DNA of 64,000 nt from Tubiluchus corallicola (taxonomy: Eukaryota; Animalia; Priapulida), in NCBI GenBank assembly GCA_030141605.1, contig JAQGDQ010000055.1, positions 730,246 to 794,245 of the forward strand, written 5' to 3'. Both the position numbers and the translations under genes were made by a program. The notes under the pieces were generated by a model. That model saw nothing but the letters and a program-made list of their open reading frames with translations. It ran no database searches and was not told where the DNA came from. Every line of letters begins with the position of its first letter. Positions within the stretch are counted from its first letter, which is position 1. Shown here one piece after another: positions 42,401-55,681 of this stretch.

Positions 42401-42972
42401 TAAAAGCAGCTCTCAGTAACTGCATGTGGTGTGTTTTAAAATGACCTTCACATTAATATGAAAGCATACACATTTTACGAGGAGAATAAGAATTTTTTCT
42501 AAAATGTGACACCTCAAAAATTTGGCGCCCTAGGCTATAGCCTAGTTAGCCCATTTATTAATAAATAGGCCTTTGCTTATTTGTCCTGGATTGCACCTTT
42601 TAATGTAATTTTGTTGTTTTCACACAGTAAGTTTTAGCTTTCTTCTGTATATGAAATTTTCTGTACATCCCTCCTGTAATTTTTGACTTTGTTTGCTTTT
42701 TCCACTCAGAGTTCTTGACCATCTCTGCATGAGTCATACTTTTGTTGCTGCTTCCACTCAGAGTTCTTGACCATCTCTGCATGAGTCATACTTTTGTTGC
42801 TGCTTCCACTACTTCATCAATTTGCATTTTTATGCTAATTTACTTGGTGTGATAATTAATATTTTCCAATAAACCCTTAGTCACCTAAAATTCATCGTTC
42901 GTTGCTCCTTGAACAACATTCGTTGCATTTCAATACACACTTAAAGTATAAGTTTAAGTTATACAGTATATC

Positions 42973-43362
<390 letters not shown>

Positions 43363-43402
43363 GTAAAAATATATCAGTGTGTAATTAATATATTAATTAA
43401 AG

Positions 43403-45520
43403 TCATGGTGCAGTGGGTGGGTGGTGTGGTGTGTAGGTGGGTGGGTGGTGTGGTGCAGTGTGGTGTTATGGTGTGGTGCTGTGCGGTGTGATGTGGTGGA
43501 GTGGTATGGTGTGGTGCAGTGTGGTGTGATGAGGTGGAGTGGTGTGGTGTGGGTTTTGTGTTGATTTGTGCACAAAATTCTTTTTGTGGGGTTTGGCTAG
43601 TCTCTTATATTAATATTCTTGGTATATATATTTATTTATATATATATAAGATTCGAGGCTACAGCCCGGACGAGGGCACCATTTGCGGCGATCTATATAT
43701 CAAACGAAAGGTCTCGATCTAGTGTCGTGCCATTGATGGTTTATTTTTCGAATCGGGCCCACCGGGAGGAACGGGGGGCGAAAAACCTCCAAAAATGGCC
43801 ATTTTTCGGCCGTTTTTTACAAAAGTTATACGGCTGAGATGTAGAGAACGGGAACGGGCCGAGGACGGTGCTGGGTATGGATAGATAGCCCGTTCAGCGG
43901 TAAGTGTAGTAGGCATATTTAGAATTCCCGAGAGGGCCACGGCGTCCCGCAACGGGCGTTTTCCCGGACCCAACTCGCGATTTTTTCGAAATTTTGGCCA
44001 AACAGCCTGCGGGAAAAACGTTCTAGCGTCGCCCGGTGGGACTCTCGGAAGGAGATATATAGCTCTTTACAAAGAGGAAGAACAGGGCTACACGATGATG
44101 TGGGCTATATGTTAGGGCAGGTCCACCGAGAGGAGTACTGGCGAGTTAATTAGAGGTTCCATTTTCGGCAATTTTCGCTTAAGAAACTGCTGACGCAAAG
44201 GCATTGTTGTGACGTCATCCATTGTACTCTGTCTATAACTTTAATTCAGTAAAAGCTGCTACAGGCTTTGCGTTAGTTAAACAAACAGTAGGCATGATGT
44301 TACGGGCTTTGTGTAATAAATGAGGACTAGGTAGGATGTTCGCGTATTATTGATTACACGTGGTTTTTTACGCAAAATCTTTTGCTGGGCTTTTGCTATT
44401 TATTATATTATAGCACATAGTTTCAACTTTGTGAAAAATGTTTTGAATGGTTTTGTTGTAATGCTGTGCTGTTGGTGCTTGTGCTATAGGTGTCGTCATC
44501 ATTGCCACCATCATCATCATCATCATCAACATCATGATCACCACGTGAGGTGGTGGATTTGATGTGGTGTGCTTTGTGTGTTGTGCTATGGATGGTGTGG
44601 TAGGGTGATAGGGTGTGTGGGGTGTGGTGTGGGTAGTGTGGTATGGAGTGGGTGGCGTGGTGTGTGGGTGCGAGGGGGTTGTGGTGCAGTGCGGTGTGAT
44701 GTGGTGGAGTATTATGGTGTGGGTGGTGTGGTGTGGTGTGTGGGTGGGTGGTGCGGTGCAGTGTAGTGTGATGTGATGTGGTGGAGTCGTATGGTGTGGG
44801 TGATGTGGTGTGGTGTGTGGGTGGGTGGTGCGGTGTGCTGCAGTGGTATGGTGTGGTGTGATGTGGTGGAGTTGTATGGTGTGGGTGGTGTGGTGTGTAG
44901 GTGGGTGGGTGGTGTGGTGCAGTGTGGTGCTGTGCGGTGTGATGTGGTGGAGTATTATGGTGTGGGTGCTGCAGTGGTATGGTGTGGTGTAGTGTGGTGC
45001 TGTGTGGTGTGATGTGGTGGAGTATTATGGTGTGGGTGGTGTGGTGTGTGGGTGCTGCAGTGGTGCAGTGTGGTGTGATGTGGTGGAGTGGTATGGTGTG
45101 GGTGGTGTGGTGTGTGGGTGCTGCAGTGGTATGGTGTGGTGTAGTGTGGTGCTGTGCAGTGTGATGTGGTGGAGTATTATGGTGTGGGTGGTGTGGTGTG
45201 TGGGTGCTGCAGTGGTGCAGTGTGGTGTGATGTGGTGGAGTGGTATGGTGTGGGTGGTGTGGTGTGTAGGTGGTGTGGTGCGGTGCGGTGTGGTGGTATT
45301 GTGTGGTGCGATGAGGTGGAGTGGTATGGTGTGGTGCAGTGTGGTTAATTATAATTATAATTATTTCTAGCCAAACCCCACAAAAAGAATTTTGTGCACA
45401 AATCAACACAAAACCCACACCACACCACTCCACCTCATCACACCACACTGCACCACACCATACCACTCCACCTCATCGCACCACACAATACCACCACACC
45501 ACACCGCACCGCACCATAAT
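43403..45520. mobile_element. Helitron-like non-autonomous elements carrying a TGGTG-rich satellite, in inverted arrangement
   Basis: Hairpin CACAAAA-TTCT-TTTTGTG followed by ..GGCTAG at 43600, with its inverted copy starting at 45367. TGGTG arrays at 43403-43552 and 44550-45345. Confidence 0.45.
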
Positions 45521-45564
45521 AATTAATATAATGCACCATTATATTATTATAATTATACTACTAG

Positions 45565-46086
45565 CTGCATATTCCAAATTAACAGAAAAAGTTTGAACAT
45601 TAGTGGCTCAGTCTAGAAACAAAATTAAAAATCTTTGCTGCACTTGTGGAAACTGTGTTTCTCTACAATGCAGAATTATGGACAAAATCTAAGGACAGCA
45701 CAAATCAGAAATTGATACATTTCAAAGAAGAAATTACAGAAGCATTCTAGGAATGAAATGATCAAACAAAATATCACACCAGGATCTGTATAATAAAGTC
45801 AAGGCAGAGGAATGGACAGTTGAAATCAAAAGGAGAAGATTAAGATGGAGAAGACATGTTATACGATTACCAGATGATAGCTTTCAAAGAAGTATCGCAG
45901 AAAGGAAAGAAACCACAAGGAGGAAGCTGCTGACTTCCATTAATTTCATCCAAAAGGATGTTATCAACACACCATTAGATATCAAAAATACAGACATGGG
46001 AGGTTGCGGGTGACAGGGCAGGGTGGTCTGAAGTTATTGCAAGAGTTATGTTAGAGGACGTGTAACTCCAGAAATGAAATGAAATG
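45565..46086 (+). mobile_element. RTE-clade LINE 3' fragment (decayed)
   Basis: KLKIFAALVETVFLYNAELWT..FQRRNYRSILG..IKRRRLRWRRHVIRL with stops and frameshifts, and a (GAAAT)3 tail. Confidence 0.75.
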
Positions 46087-46501
46087 CATGGTGTAAAGCA
46101 TAGTATAATAGGTATAATAGGCATACGAATGCTTTCAGCTATCGTGTATACTAGTAAAAAATTATGCAGTTAGTGAAGATGGATAATCACAGTAATGAAG
46201 ATGTATAATCACAAATAGATTATCCTTTATGTGGACAAAGTTAAAAGAAAATTTTTTAGACAAAAGTAATTCAACAATATTGATTTTCTCTGTTCCATAA
46301 GTAAAACTAGATTTGCACTACATCAATGCTAAGGATACTATCCAGTTACATCTTTAACTTTTCCACTTTCAAAAATTTCTTTAAACTAAATGCACGGAAG
46401 CCAAGAGTAGTTGGAGAAGAGGTAACCAAAAACCTACAGCAACAACTGCATCCATTATCAAGGCTACATCTTGCTTGTAAAGTTTCACATTCACTTTGGG
46501 T

Positions 46502-46765
46502 ATGTCGACCGCTACTTGCAGACATTTTTCTGAGCATGTCAACAGTTACTTGCAGATATTTTCCTGAGCATGTCAACAGTTACTTGCAGACATTTTTCTG
46601 AGCATGTCGACAGCTACTTGCAGACATTTTTCTGAGCATGTCGACCGCTACTTGCAGACATTTTTCTGAGCATGTCAACAGTTACTTGCAGACATTTTTA
46701 TGAGCATGTCGACTGCTACTTGCAGACATTTTTCTGAGCATGTCAACAGTTACTTGCAGACATTT
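46502..46765. repeat. 34-bp minisatellite (~7.5 copies) just downstream of the LRR gene stop
   Basis: Unit tgagcatgtcaacagttacttgcagacatttttc. Confidence 0.9.
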
Positions 46766-46839
46766 TCATTTTTGAACGAAAATTAACAAATTTTGACGTA
46801 GCATTGTGACTGTCAAGCTTTGAAGAATTCATTTGTGCT

Positions 46840-49800
46840 TTAGTCTATATAGTAGCCTGTGACAATAGGTGTAGTAACTGCTTTGGCAGCATTTTGCCCA
46901 TTATCGAGTTCTGGAGTTTCTGGGTGTTCTGTTGCTTCAGTTGCATTTTGCAGCTCTACAGTTGCACGAGTATCTTCTTCGTGTGCTTTCCTTTTTGCAA
47001 TAAAAAACAAGAGCCCTATCAAAGCCAGTAAACCTATCACACCGCCCATGATTCCTGGTATGATTATGGATGAAGATGAACTTGGTGTACCAGAAGTTGG
47101 GGCTGTTGTCGTTGTACTTGTTGTCACTGTTATCGACGTCATTGTTGTCGACGTCATTGTTGTTATCGTTGTCGACGTCATTGCTGTCGACGTCATTGTT
47201 GTTATCGTTGTCGACGTCATTGTTGTCGACGTCATTGTTGTTATTGTTGTCGACGTCATCGTTGTTAACGCATCACACTGAAAATCCTCAGGTTTAGCAT
47301 TAGAAACTTTTTTAGGCCACACACAGTCAACCGTAGTCCCACTGTTGTTCGCCCATGGAGGCAACATAATCCAGGCTAAGTTGCAGTCACATATCATTTG
47401 TTCATCTAAATATTAAAAAAAAATTCAAAAACGCAAAACTACATTGAATTAGTAGAGTACGAGTTCACAGCATATAGCATAATACGTCAACTTACAACAG
47501 ACATCGAAGTTTTTTAACGCGTGCAAATTAGGGTTTATGAAAAAGTGCAATCAGTTTATCTGCTGGTTAGACATTAGTCGTGACTGCCAATTGCTTAGTT
47601 TAGTTTAGTTTAGCTTAGACAGTTGTTGTCCTGCGTGAGCTTTTGTCCCGAATGCCGCTGAGCGTGCTTACAGCGGGGCGGAGCGATTGACCAATAAATT
47701 TGAGGTCAATTGACGTATAACATAATGTCAATCATTTTCGTTGACTGCAAAATCAGCGTGCAAGTTGTTTCACACACCCCTGCAGCAGGTACGTTTGAGA
47801 CATTTAGCTTACGTCTACGAGTTGCTGATTAAATCATTTTGCAATCAAGAAAATACACAGTTTAGTTTAGTTTACGGCTTTGCAAGTTGGATAAAAAGAA
47901 CTATTTGATTAACTTTAAATAATGTTTTCTTTTCTGGCCAGTTTTTTATAAACCTCAATGAGATCTTCACAGTCAAAATTAGTTCAAATGTGGTCAAAAC
48001 TTATTTTGTACATCAATGTACTATTAGCTAATACTACGCTATTTTTCTGGTTATAATCGAGGCGAAAAGATACAATTGGGACTTATGTGACTCGGGCACT
48101 CAATACAAGTTAACGGAATGGAACAATCAAATTTATTCCATTTCCGTAGCGTGTCAAACGGAAAAATACAAAAACTTAATAAATCTTGCAGACGAGCACA
48201 TGATCAACTAATATAGAAAAATATATCGCAGGCTTGATGTCCGTATGTATGTTTAAAGGCTTGACAGACTTAATATTTTGTTACCAACGAAATTGTTCTT
48301 CAAATTTCATATCGTTAACAACGAAGTGATTAAAAATGAAAAGAAACAAGTTTTAGAGTAAGTTTATAATAAAATAAATTAAAGATTCGTAATGAAAGTA
48401 CGATTTTTAAGTTGTAAAAGTTTATATTATAGTGAGGATTTTGTTGACTTTTATGCGTGTATTTTATGAAGTTTCAGTTTTACGCAAAAACAAAAAGAAA
48501 ATGTTATAACAAAGATTTTCTCATACGTCTAACTTTTTGTTGGTGGCTTATATGAGAGGAAATCGGATGTAAAGGCCTCGTTTCCAAAGAAAGTCTGGAA
48601 TTTTATGTGATCTTTAAATGTAGTTAACAGAAGACCTTTGAATCGCCGTTGCCGTTGTTATCGTAGTTATTATCGTTGCCGTTGCTGCTACTGCAGCCCT
48701 CCGTTGTTGTTGTTGTTGTTAGCATAGTTATTATTGTTGTCGTTGCTGCTTCTGCAGCCCTCCGTTGTTGTTTTTGTTCGTATGCATTGAAGTAGCTACT
48801 AAAGCTAATAGAATTACAAATATGTTGTTTAGAATGTTTTCTGCTGATGATAGAGACATGTTGTTAAAATCGTTCATGGTTGGCATAAGACCTATTGTAG
48901 AGTATTGCTCGCCTGTATGGAATCCAGCTTTATTGGGTAATATTGACCGTATAGAATGTTTACAACGATACAAACACTCGATGCCTGTTTTATAGATGTA
49001 ATTTAATGCATATGCCATATCATAAGCGTCTGGAGATTCTACATCTAACGTCTTTAGAGGCGAGACGCATTTAAAAAGATTTAGCTTTATGCTGCCAAAT
49101 TATTCATAGAGAAGTTGATGTTGACTTTGACAAATTTTTACTCCTGCATCTTGCAATAGAACAAGGCAAAATCGTTCACTGAAGCTTTTCGTACATCGAA
49201 CAGCTAAAGTATCATTTGGTCAATTTTTCTCAAATCAAGTTGTGGAACTCCATGCGTGCAAAACTAACGTAATGTAGCCTAATTAGGTAAATTACATCAT
49301 TTTTTGCTACTAGTTTATTAAACACTTGAAAATTAATTGTGTTAAGCAGTATCTTAAATTTGTTTTTTCAAAAAGTGTGAAATCTGCAAATTTTAGTTTT
49401 TTTATTATTGAAATTAATAGAGTTAGTTTATTTTACAGTATAATAGTACACTCATACCTATAAGAAATATATACACCAATATATATAACCTATATATGCA
49501 CCAATCAGGTAAGTTAACTTGCAAAAATTCCTTGTATACAAGCACTGATTCTCTTTGTGTCTTTAACACACTCTTTTACTAAATATTTTACTTGTATGCT
49601 TTTGCCAACGCGTTTTATTATTATATTGGTTTTATTGCAGACTGTATTTTACCATTGGGTGTGAATAAAAAGAATAAATAAAAATTGTTCTTCATTAACG
49701 GCAACGTTTACGTTTAGTCATCACTTGTCTTATTTCGCTGTCTAACCTGGTTTACAAATTCAGCATCACAGAAACGACGCAGCATCCAAACAAGCCGAAA

Positions 49801-51212
49801 CTAGTACATGTGTTTAGACTGCGATTTATGAAGATTCGTCACCAGAACAGAACAAAATGTTTTTCGGGAAAAATGCAATTTCTAGGCACGGTTTCGTTAG
49901 GAAGGAAGCATTGGTATTTAATTAAATTAGCTCTTATAATTAAAGAAACCCCGTTTTAAAATATAATTTTCCCTTTCATCAGAATAAGATAAAAAGATCC
50001 TTTTGGCTCCTACGGCTGAGGTATTTTTCCTATATTGAAATATTTAACGTTTTATTGAACAATTTGGGTTTTCTATTACCGTCTACAACCCTGTTTACAT
50101 AGAGAAAATTATTTTTCCACTTAAAGGACAAGAAACTGGGTACCTGAAGTAATTTCAGAAAAATCGCCTTTAAAAATTATTTTACTTTACGGCAATTTTA
50201 TGCAAATAGCGTATTCGCGTTGAAAGCAATTTTCGTTTGTTTGCATTTTAAATCTCCCGCAATACTGTTCCGACGGCGCCATTACATGACGTCACTAAAA
50301 CACGTAAATCAGGCGAAGAAAAGTAAATGTTAAATTATGACCCAAAAAACTTTCCGTGCAAATCTATATTACTTAGCATTTTATTTACCTGCTGTAAAGA
50401 CTTATGTAACTAAACTAATAATTTAAAATGTTTGTGCCATTTGGTAAAATGTCGCTGACTCACCCTCCAGGGTGCGCCACTCACTAGCCAAAAACGTATT
50501 TTTAATCTTATTGACAAAATACAGTAATTTAAAATTTTACTTAATTAGCAACATGTATGCTAGGAATGGTCTGATTATTTTTTCAAACTTTACTCAATGT
50601 TATCTAAACTTGTTTCAAACGACCTACGATTAAAATGGCTGCGCCGAACGGTCATCACGAGAGTTTAAATTTACACGTTTTATACAGCGTTACGGCCGAT
50701 GCAAGCCATGCATGTGAAAAGGTAGTATGTAAGTAGTATAAAATTTCGAGACAAATTTTTTAAGCTTAATGTAAGTGGAGGGGTTTCTTCCACTTAATGC
50801 AAGGCAAAATAAATTTAGCCATAGAGCAAATACAATTTATATTCAACTCTCGAAGGAGAATGACAAGATTACAGTGAAACATACAATATGTACCAATTTT
50901 AGCTCAAGCTTCACTTGTGTTGTTAACCGATCTGCACAGTAAGATCACTTATCGTTTCTTGCTCAGTCTAATGTTGAAGGAAGACAGGATGATTTTTCGT
51001 ATACTATCTTATTTTCAAGTTCGATAAAAAGTATATATTTTAACAAAACTAATACTACAAAAGTGTTTCTGGCAATTTAATAATACATTAAAAACTTAAA
51101 TTACTGCAAACGAGCCCCACTATTGATGAGATCACAAACTAACATAATTTTCAACAGCAAAAATATTCTACGAGCGTACGAGCGTGTTATCCTCCCCTAT
51201 AACCCTAACCGT

Positions 51213-51256
<44 letters not shown>

Positions 51257-51319
51257 ACGCACACGCACACGCACACGCACACGCACACGCACACGCACAA
51301 GCACACGCACACGCACACA

Positions 51320-51404
<85 letters not shown>

Positions 51405-52164
51405 TTATATATTTACCTATTTTTCGATTTGTGCTGTTTCCCTGGGCCATTTTGCAAACTTTTCCGTTTGAGACATTTTTTCCTGTGCAATTTTTATCTG
51501 TGCCATTTTTACTTACGTTCGAAATACGGGCATACCCCAAGGTATTACTGTTTTTGGATTACATTTTTTTTGAAAGCTCACCTTCAATAAGAATTGTCAC
51601 GTCTTCAGGTGCCACACTATGGTGAAGGTTAGGGGCTGTCATCCCGTGAAAACCGTTACTTACGAGCTCCAATAGGCCAAATTGCGGATTATTGGAGACG
51701 TCTAACTCCAAGGTTCCGTTCAGTTGAGAACTATAATGTAAAAACAGCCAATTGAACATTGCATTTTTGAAAGCCTCTGGGTGTATGTAAGAAAGCTTCT
51801 TGTTGTGTTGAAAATTAAGTTCATTCACCTCACCACTTATTGAATTTTGTCCCAAACTAGTCAACTCGCTATATCTTATAACTAAAAAGCCATTAGAATT
51901 TACTTTTCCCTGAAAAAAATTGTCTGGCAATTCACTTCCCCGATATCCATGTATTATAACTTTGTAGGTCCCGTTATCTAGACTTCCCAAGTTGGCATCT
52001 ATGTCTGCAAGTTCTTGTTTTGTAGTTACGTTTACGCACGTTATCCTGCAAGCAGACCAGTCAGATTTAAAATCACAACGTTGATCTGTGACTTTGCAAT
52101 AATCGCCTGACAGACAAGCTGTTATTTGAACCGAAACACACAACGTAAACAACAACAAAGACAT
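46840..52164 (-). CDS. Single-pass LRR receptor (signal peptide, Cys-rich cap, LRR-like repeats, LRRCT, Thr-rich stalk, TM, short tail). Exons 52164-51582 and 47405-46840, 382 aa
   Basis: Signal peptide MSLLLFTLCVSVQITA and LRR-like segments (ELPDNFF; LTSLGQNSI; LNFQHNKKLSYIHPEAF). A phase-1 splice (GAAG|gtgagc to atttag|AT) joins to the LRRCT (MICDCNLAWI..C.WP..PEDFQC), TTMTS repeats, TM IIIPGIMGGVIGLLALIGLLFFIA-KRK, and end GYYID*. Confidence 0.8.
48785..49250 (+). mobile_element. CR1/L2-type LINE reverse transcriptase 3' fragment
   Basis: KANRITNML..IRPIVEYCSPVWNP..IDRIECLQR. Confidence 0.75.
50121..50797 (+). mobile_element. MITE family B copy in the LRR-gene intron
   Basis: ttaaaggacaagaaactgggtacctgaag...ttccacttaa. 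Confidence 0.72.
51215..51402. repeat. (CA)n/(CACGCA)n microsatellite
   Basis: Seen directly. Confidence 0.95.
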
Positions 52165-52788
52165 TTTACTGTTCAAATGAAAGTCTAAAATTCGTTTAAA
52201 ATAATCATTGTGATTATGATGTCTGAACTAAACTTTTTGTATCAACATTTTCGAATAATACGATGAAAAAATTTCAGCTAAAATTCAGATCGGCTTGCGC
52301 AGGGACAAAACAATACATTCTATACACTAGGATAACATTGTGACGTACGCATGTTTTTCAACTAGACTTGTATCATATGACTATCTTTTTAGTTTAGTGT
52401 AACCTATATTACGCTTGTTCTGAGAAAATTGCTTTGTTTTATAACTTTGTTAAAAATTTCTAAATAGTCAAACTCTCATTCTCATGACTGGCCTAACTCC
52501 GTAAAAAAATTGTGCTACGACAACCGTCACCATAATGGTACAGGTAAAAATGGCACAGTAAGCACTGCACAGCAAAAATGGCACAGTAAACATGGCACAG
52601 CAAACAATGGCACAAATGGAAAGTAGGTAAAAATGGCGCACTTAGTAAAATATGTGTTTATGGTTAGGGTCATAGCGGAGGATAATTATTTTAGTTATTT
52701 CGACCACTGCCAAGGAATTTATGCTTCAACACTTTGTTTTTTGTTTCCATTTGCGCAGGAAGAGCATGAAATTCAATCTAAAATACAG

Positions 52789-53424
52789 GGGTGCGCGGTT
52801 AAAATGGCACAAATGGAAAAGTAGGTAAAAAAGACATGGTAAAAATGGCATAGAAAAAAACAAATGGAAAACCAGGTAAAAATGACACAGGAAAAATTCC
52901 ACGAATGCAAACCCGGTAAAAATGACACAGGCAAAAATTTCTCAAATGGAAAAGTAGGTAAAATGACAGACTTAGTAAAGTGTGTGTTTATGGTTAGGAT
53001 TATAGCGGAGGATAATTATTTTAGTTATTTCGACCACTGCCAAGGAAGTAATGCTTCAACACTTTGTTTGTTTGTTGGTTTGTTTTTTGCCTGTTATGGA
53101 AGTAAGCCTATTTTGCCATAACTGACTATCTAACAGATTTCCAAGAAACTTTGTGAAAAAGGCGGGTGCCAAAATGGGAATTTTTTCCCCGGTTCTCTTT
53201 TCGCAAAACTTGACCGAACAAAACGAAAAAAAACATTCGCAAAGCACTTCATGGAGGTCTCGGAGAGAGTGTTTAATACTTCTTTTTTGCTATTTTCACC
53301 TGGACAAACGACTACGAATTAGTTCCAGTTCCATTTTGAGAAATTCTGGCTTGTAAATTAAAACTGTCTAATGCAACCTAACTTTCCCCGTGTCATTTTT
53401 ACCGTGCCATTTTTACCGCGCACC
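52789..53424. mobile_element. Foldback-type MITE with AAAATGGCAC subterminal repeats
   Basis: GGTGCGCGGTTAAAATGGCAC ... GTGCCATTTTTACCGCGCACC. Related pieces at 51410-51510, 52530-52740 and 53490-53670, the last with (CCCTAA)n. Confidence 0.55.
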
Positions 53425-54129
53425 TTTGCTCGACGTCACCCACACCACACGATATCAAACCACACCCACCTAACTATGCCACTGCCAGGGAAAAAATGGC
53501 ATGGTCAAAATGCCACAGGAAAAAATGGCAGAAATGGAAAAGTAGGTAAACACAGCACAGAAGAAAGAATTCAGGTAATAAAGTCACAGGGAAAAAAGTG
53601 AGAAGAAAACGTCACAGAAAAAACAAACAGTCCTACCCCTAACCCTAATCCTAACCCTAACTCTAACCCTAAGATATTAAACAAAACGTATTTTTTCACA
53701 TGTATGTAATGCCATCATAAATAAATTGCAATGTCAATATATACAAATCGTGTATTGTCTGTTAGGAACTGATCTAAAATATTTTCTGTTTTATTATTTT
53801 AATTGCTGAAGGTACTTAAATAAATTCTGACCGACTTGAATATTTCTGTTGATTATCTGATTTTCCAAATATCTGACTTTTTTCTTGTGGCTTTATTACC
53901 AGTCATCCAGAAAAAAATGGAAAAGTAGGTAAAATGGTAAACCTGCTTTGATACAAATAACTTTAATAAAAAGAAAACAATTAAAATAGTTACGATGCAA
54001 CATCTAATATACAGTACATGAGGCTTAATGGGATCACTGTCCAATGAGATGTTTTGAAAGTCTGTTAAACGTTCTCTGCAAAGCAGAGAGAGCTTCAAAG
54101 GGAGACAACTATTTAAGCAATAAAGTATG

Positions 54130-54480
54130 CCCATAGTTTTTAGTCTATAACAGAAACTAGTGGCTGTACTTTTTTAAGTGCTTACCCATAAGCCTGTTTC
54201 AGCTAAAGTCGATTTTGATTACCCATAGTTTTTTAGTCTATAACAGAAACTAGTGGCTGTACTTTTTAAGTGCTTACCCATAAGCCTGCTTCAGCTAAAG
54301 TCGATTTTGATTACCCATAGTTTTTAGTCTATAACAGAAACTAGTGGCTGTACTTTTTTAAGTGCTTACCCATAAGCCTGTTTCAGCTAAAGTCGATTTT
54401 GATTACCCATAGTTTTTTAGTCTATAACAGAAACTAGTGGCTGTACTTTTTAAGTGCTTGCCCATAAGCCTGCTTCAGCA
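54130..54480. repeat. 92-bp tandem repeat (~3.8 copies) derived from the peroxidase exon end
   Basis: cccatag recurs at 54130, 54222, 54314 and 54406. Confidence 0.88.
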
Positions 54481-54660
54481 AAGCACGATTTTCAGAACTG
54501 ATTTCCTGCCAAAAATCATCTATGGATGTCCCAATTGATAAGCCAGCAAGTTTTCTCATGTCATTATAGGTTGGCAAACCATGATCCCGACCTCTCTGAA
54601 TATTTAAGGCTGCTAAATCCAGGCCAAAAGTTTCACCGTACAGTACAAATAGGTGATCAC
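54462..54660 (-). pseudogene. Animal heme peroxidase exon remnant
   Basis: [41 protein letters not shown] is the peroxidase-cyclooxygenase family motif. No acceptor or other peroxidase exons were clearly found, and it ends at a GC donor. Confidence 0.8.
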
Positions 54661-55485
54661 AGGCAACAAATGTGAAAAATTTAATTTGACGCATGCGTAG
54701 AGTGCCTGCTATATTCGAGCAAATTGTGAGGCAAACAATGGAAGCCATGTTCTAATTAATACAAAATCATTGCTTAGAATTATGTACTGGCAATTGGTAA
54801 ACAAACCGCAATGGCTTAAAGTTTGGCAATCACAGTTTGCTGGAGTCTAGCAGAAAGAAAAAGAGAGCGAGAGCAAAATAGAGAGAGAGACAGAGTGGAG
54901 ATGAAAGGGGGACGGGAGAAGGGCACGTGTATGTACTTAACATAGACACATAAACAACAGAGATTGGTAGAACAGATTGGCACGTTATTAAGCAATTAAA
55001 CAAACAAAAACATCACCCTTAACAATTGAAATTTGCAAGGAAATTTTATTTACTAAAACAAGAACAACAAACCGCAATTTTAACAAGATTTTAAGTAAAC
55101 AAATTCTACTCCTTCAGCAGAAAACATCTTACATACGATGCAACTACCTCTATATTAATTTGTAAGTAAAAGGGTAGTTTATGTATATTTTATATATGTG
55201 GTTTAAGTAGATAATAAATATAAGTAAAAATAAATGCCCAATGTTCTCACATATGGGAAACTACATATAAGATACATGTGAGTAATATATGTGATAACAC
55301 TTTTAAAAAAGTTTGCTAAAATTGTATTAATTCAAACACTATAAAGGTGGGTCTTCAACTACGTAAACAAATAACCTATGCTCGTCACACCCACATAAAC
55401 AATAAGTTAGTAATTTATAACAATTATAAAGATATTATAGCAACATTTTATTTTTATATAATAGGTTTATTTATATATAATGTTA

Positions 55486-55670
55486 AAACTTACCACTGTT
55501 TAATACAGTTTATAAAAAGACATTTAGCTCACTTAGAAAAGTAAGTTTGAAATATCTAAACTTACCACTGTTCAATACAGTTTATAAAAAGACATTTAGC
55601 TTACTTAGAAAAGTAAGTTTGAAATATCTAAACTTACCACTGCTTAATACAGTTTAGAAAAAGACATTCA
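55486..55670. repeat. 72-bp tandem repeat (~2.6 copies)
   Basis: aaacttaccactg at 55486, 55558 and 55630. Confidence 0.85.
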
Positions 55671-55681
55671 GCTTTCAACAC

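Noticed and set aside
44423-45466. 347-aa His/Thr/Pro-rich ORF
   Set aside because: Translation of the TGGTG satellite, with no credible start or splice context.
46502-46765. 34-bp repeats as a CRISPR array
   Set aside because: No unique spacers, and the context is eukaryotic.
46859-47281. Plus-strand Val-rich ORF
   Set aside because: Antisense shadow of the Thr-rich stalk exon.
51123-51590. HT/CV repeat ORFs (also at 56.1-56.4 kb and 63.1-63.7 kb)
   Set aside because: (CA)n/(GT)n microsatellite artefacts.
53636-53672. Telomeric (CCCTAA)n
   Set aside because: Only ~6 imperfect units, embedded in a MITE-like element.
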